Below, in pieces: positions 63,235-64,000 of a stretch of DNA of 64,000 nt (within the stretch, counting starts at the first letter, position 1; each line of letters starts with the position of its first letter). Origin of the DNA: an uncultured Bacteroidota bacterium (GTDB lineage: Bacteria; Bacteroidota; Bacteroidia; Bacteroidales; UBA12077); the NCBI GenBank assembly GCA_913055635.1, contig CAJXLK010000001.1:96626-160625 (forward strand). The letters run 5' to 3'. The notes beneath the pieces are model-generated. The model made no database searches. It was not told the origin of the DNA and saw nothing but the letters and a program-made list of their open reading frames with translations. The translations under genes and the position numbers were made by a program.

Positions 63235-64000
63235 TTAAAAATGCATTAGGTATTCGAACAAATTATCCTCCCTGGAAAGTCCGAGCTTTTTTTTTAGCCT
63301 GACCCGTGAGCGTTGAACACTTGAGGGATTGATGTTGAAATAAATTGCAATTTCCTTTGTGGTATAATTCATCCGGATCAAAGTACAATGTATTAAATTA
63401 TGGGCGGTTAGTCGCGAAAATTGCTGTTGCAGTCTTTTTCTGAATTCCTGATGCTCTAACAACTGTTTCGTAAGGGTATCCCCCTGGGAGGGTTTTTCTG
63501 AAGGTACATGATCTTTTCCCAGATCACTGTAAGGTTGAATTTTACATAGTGCACTATAAATGTGTCCGTAAGCATTAGCAATGGGTGCGATAGAGACATA
63601 ATGGTCCTTGCCATAAAATTTGGCCGGTTCAATTTTTGCATGTTGGCCGTCATCGTTCTTTGTCCAGGGGCAAATTTCGGAAGGTATTTTACCATGACAG
63701 ATGATGTCATAGCATTTTTTGCCAAGTATATCTGTATTGTTTTTGTTAAAGAGCTGATGCCCCTTTTGATTTAAAAATTTGACCTCAAAATTGTTGTTGA
63801 TGATACAAATGGCATCCTCACATATATTCAATACCTCGAGAGATTCATTGATATCGGAAAAAGCTTCGCATTGGCCCTGTTTTTTCTTCTGATGTTGCCT
63901 GAAAAGAATTAAGACCGCGTGAATCTTACCTTTTTCAGTATACAAAGGAAAATATTCCAGCAACATACTGTTGGGTTTTCCTCTGCGATCTGTTAGAATT
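63235..64000 (-). CDS. PAS-like sensor + LuxR-type HTH regulator, 5'-partial (the ORF stays open to the window edge)
   Basis: C-terminal TTKEIAIYFNINPSSVQRSRVRLKKKLGL (LuxR/GerE HTH). There is no stop between 63966 and 64000 in frame. Confidence 0.75.
   Translation of the reverse strand, partial: ILTDRRGKPNSMLLEYFPLYTEKGKIHAVLILFRQHQKKKQGQCEAFSDINESLEVLNICEDAICIINNNFEVKFLNQKGHQLFNKNNTDILGKKCYDIICHGKIPSEICPWTKNDDGQHAKIEPAKFYGKDHYVSIAPIANAYGHIYSALCKIQPYSDLGKDHVPSEKPSQGDTLTKQLLEHQEFRKRLQQQFSRLTAHNLIHCTLIRMNYTTKEIAIYFNINPSSVQRSRVRLKKKLGLSREDNLFEYLMHF

Overview
The window reads as a chromosomal segment of an FCB-group (Bacteroidota-like) bacterium. This placement is an inference from the rpsF-rpsR-rplI block, mostly Shine-Dalgarno-less starts, a TAnnTTTG-type promoter box, a T9SS-CTD-like module and PEGA/MORN/TPR surface proteins. 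GC is about 45% overall, with local extremes of about 28-65%. Housekeeping genes: def, a short DnaE-family polymerase, dnaX, ilvE, mnmA, rpsF-rpsR-rplI, gpx, ispH and tRNA-Leu(CAG). Accessory content, in order: (1) a near-perfect 3.77-kb tandem duplication of a whole transcription unit for a 1196-aa secreted repeat protein, whose GC-rich N-terminal part looks like a fused mini T9SS cargo; (2) an rdhA-rdhB-rdhC-like reductive dehalogenase operon, divergent from a MarR gene across an intergenic region holding a 4 x 22-bp palindrome-core array; (3) dnaX split at an in-frame A AAA AAG heptamer inside an A10 run; (4) three tandem SiaC-like (DUF1987) genes, a TPR-TM-PP2C phosphatase, and a locus of two paralogous secreted beta-rich proteins, a 1193-aa OmpA-anchored outer-membrane protein and a lipoprotein; (5) a cheW-mcp pair and a hybrid histidine kinase; (6) an AT-rich islet with a RelE-like toxin gene next to tRNA-Leu; (7) a complete carotenoid cluster (crtY-crtB-crtI / crtD-cruF-crtW-acyltransferase-glycosyltransferase) that predicts a monocyclic keto-carotenoid acyl glycoside. 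Several intergenic regions carry degenerate short tandem repeat or hairpin arrays. I saw no CRISPR array, transposase, integrase or rRNA. All functional calls come from reading motifs in the translated ORFs. No database search was run.
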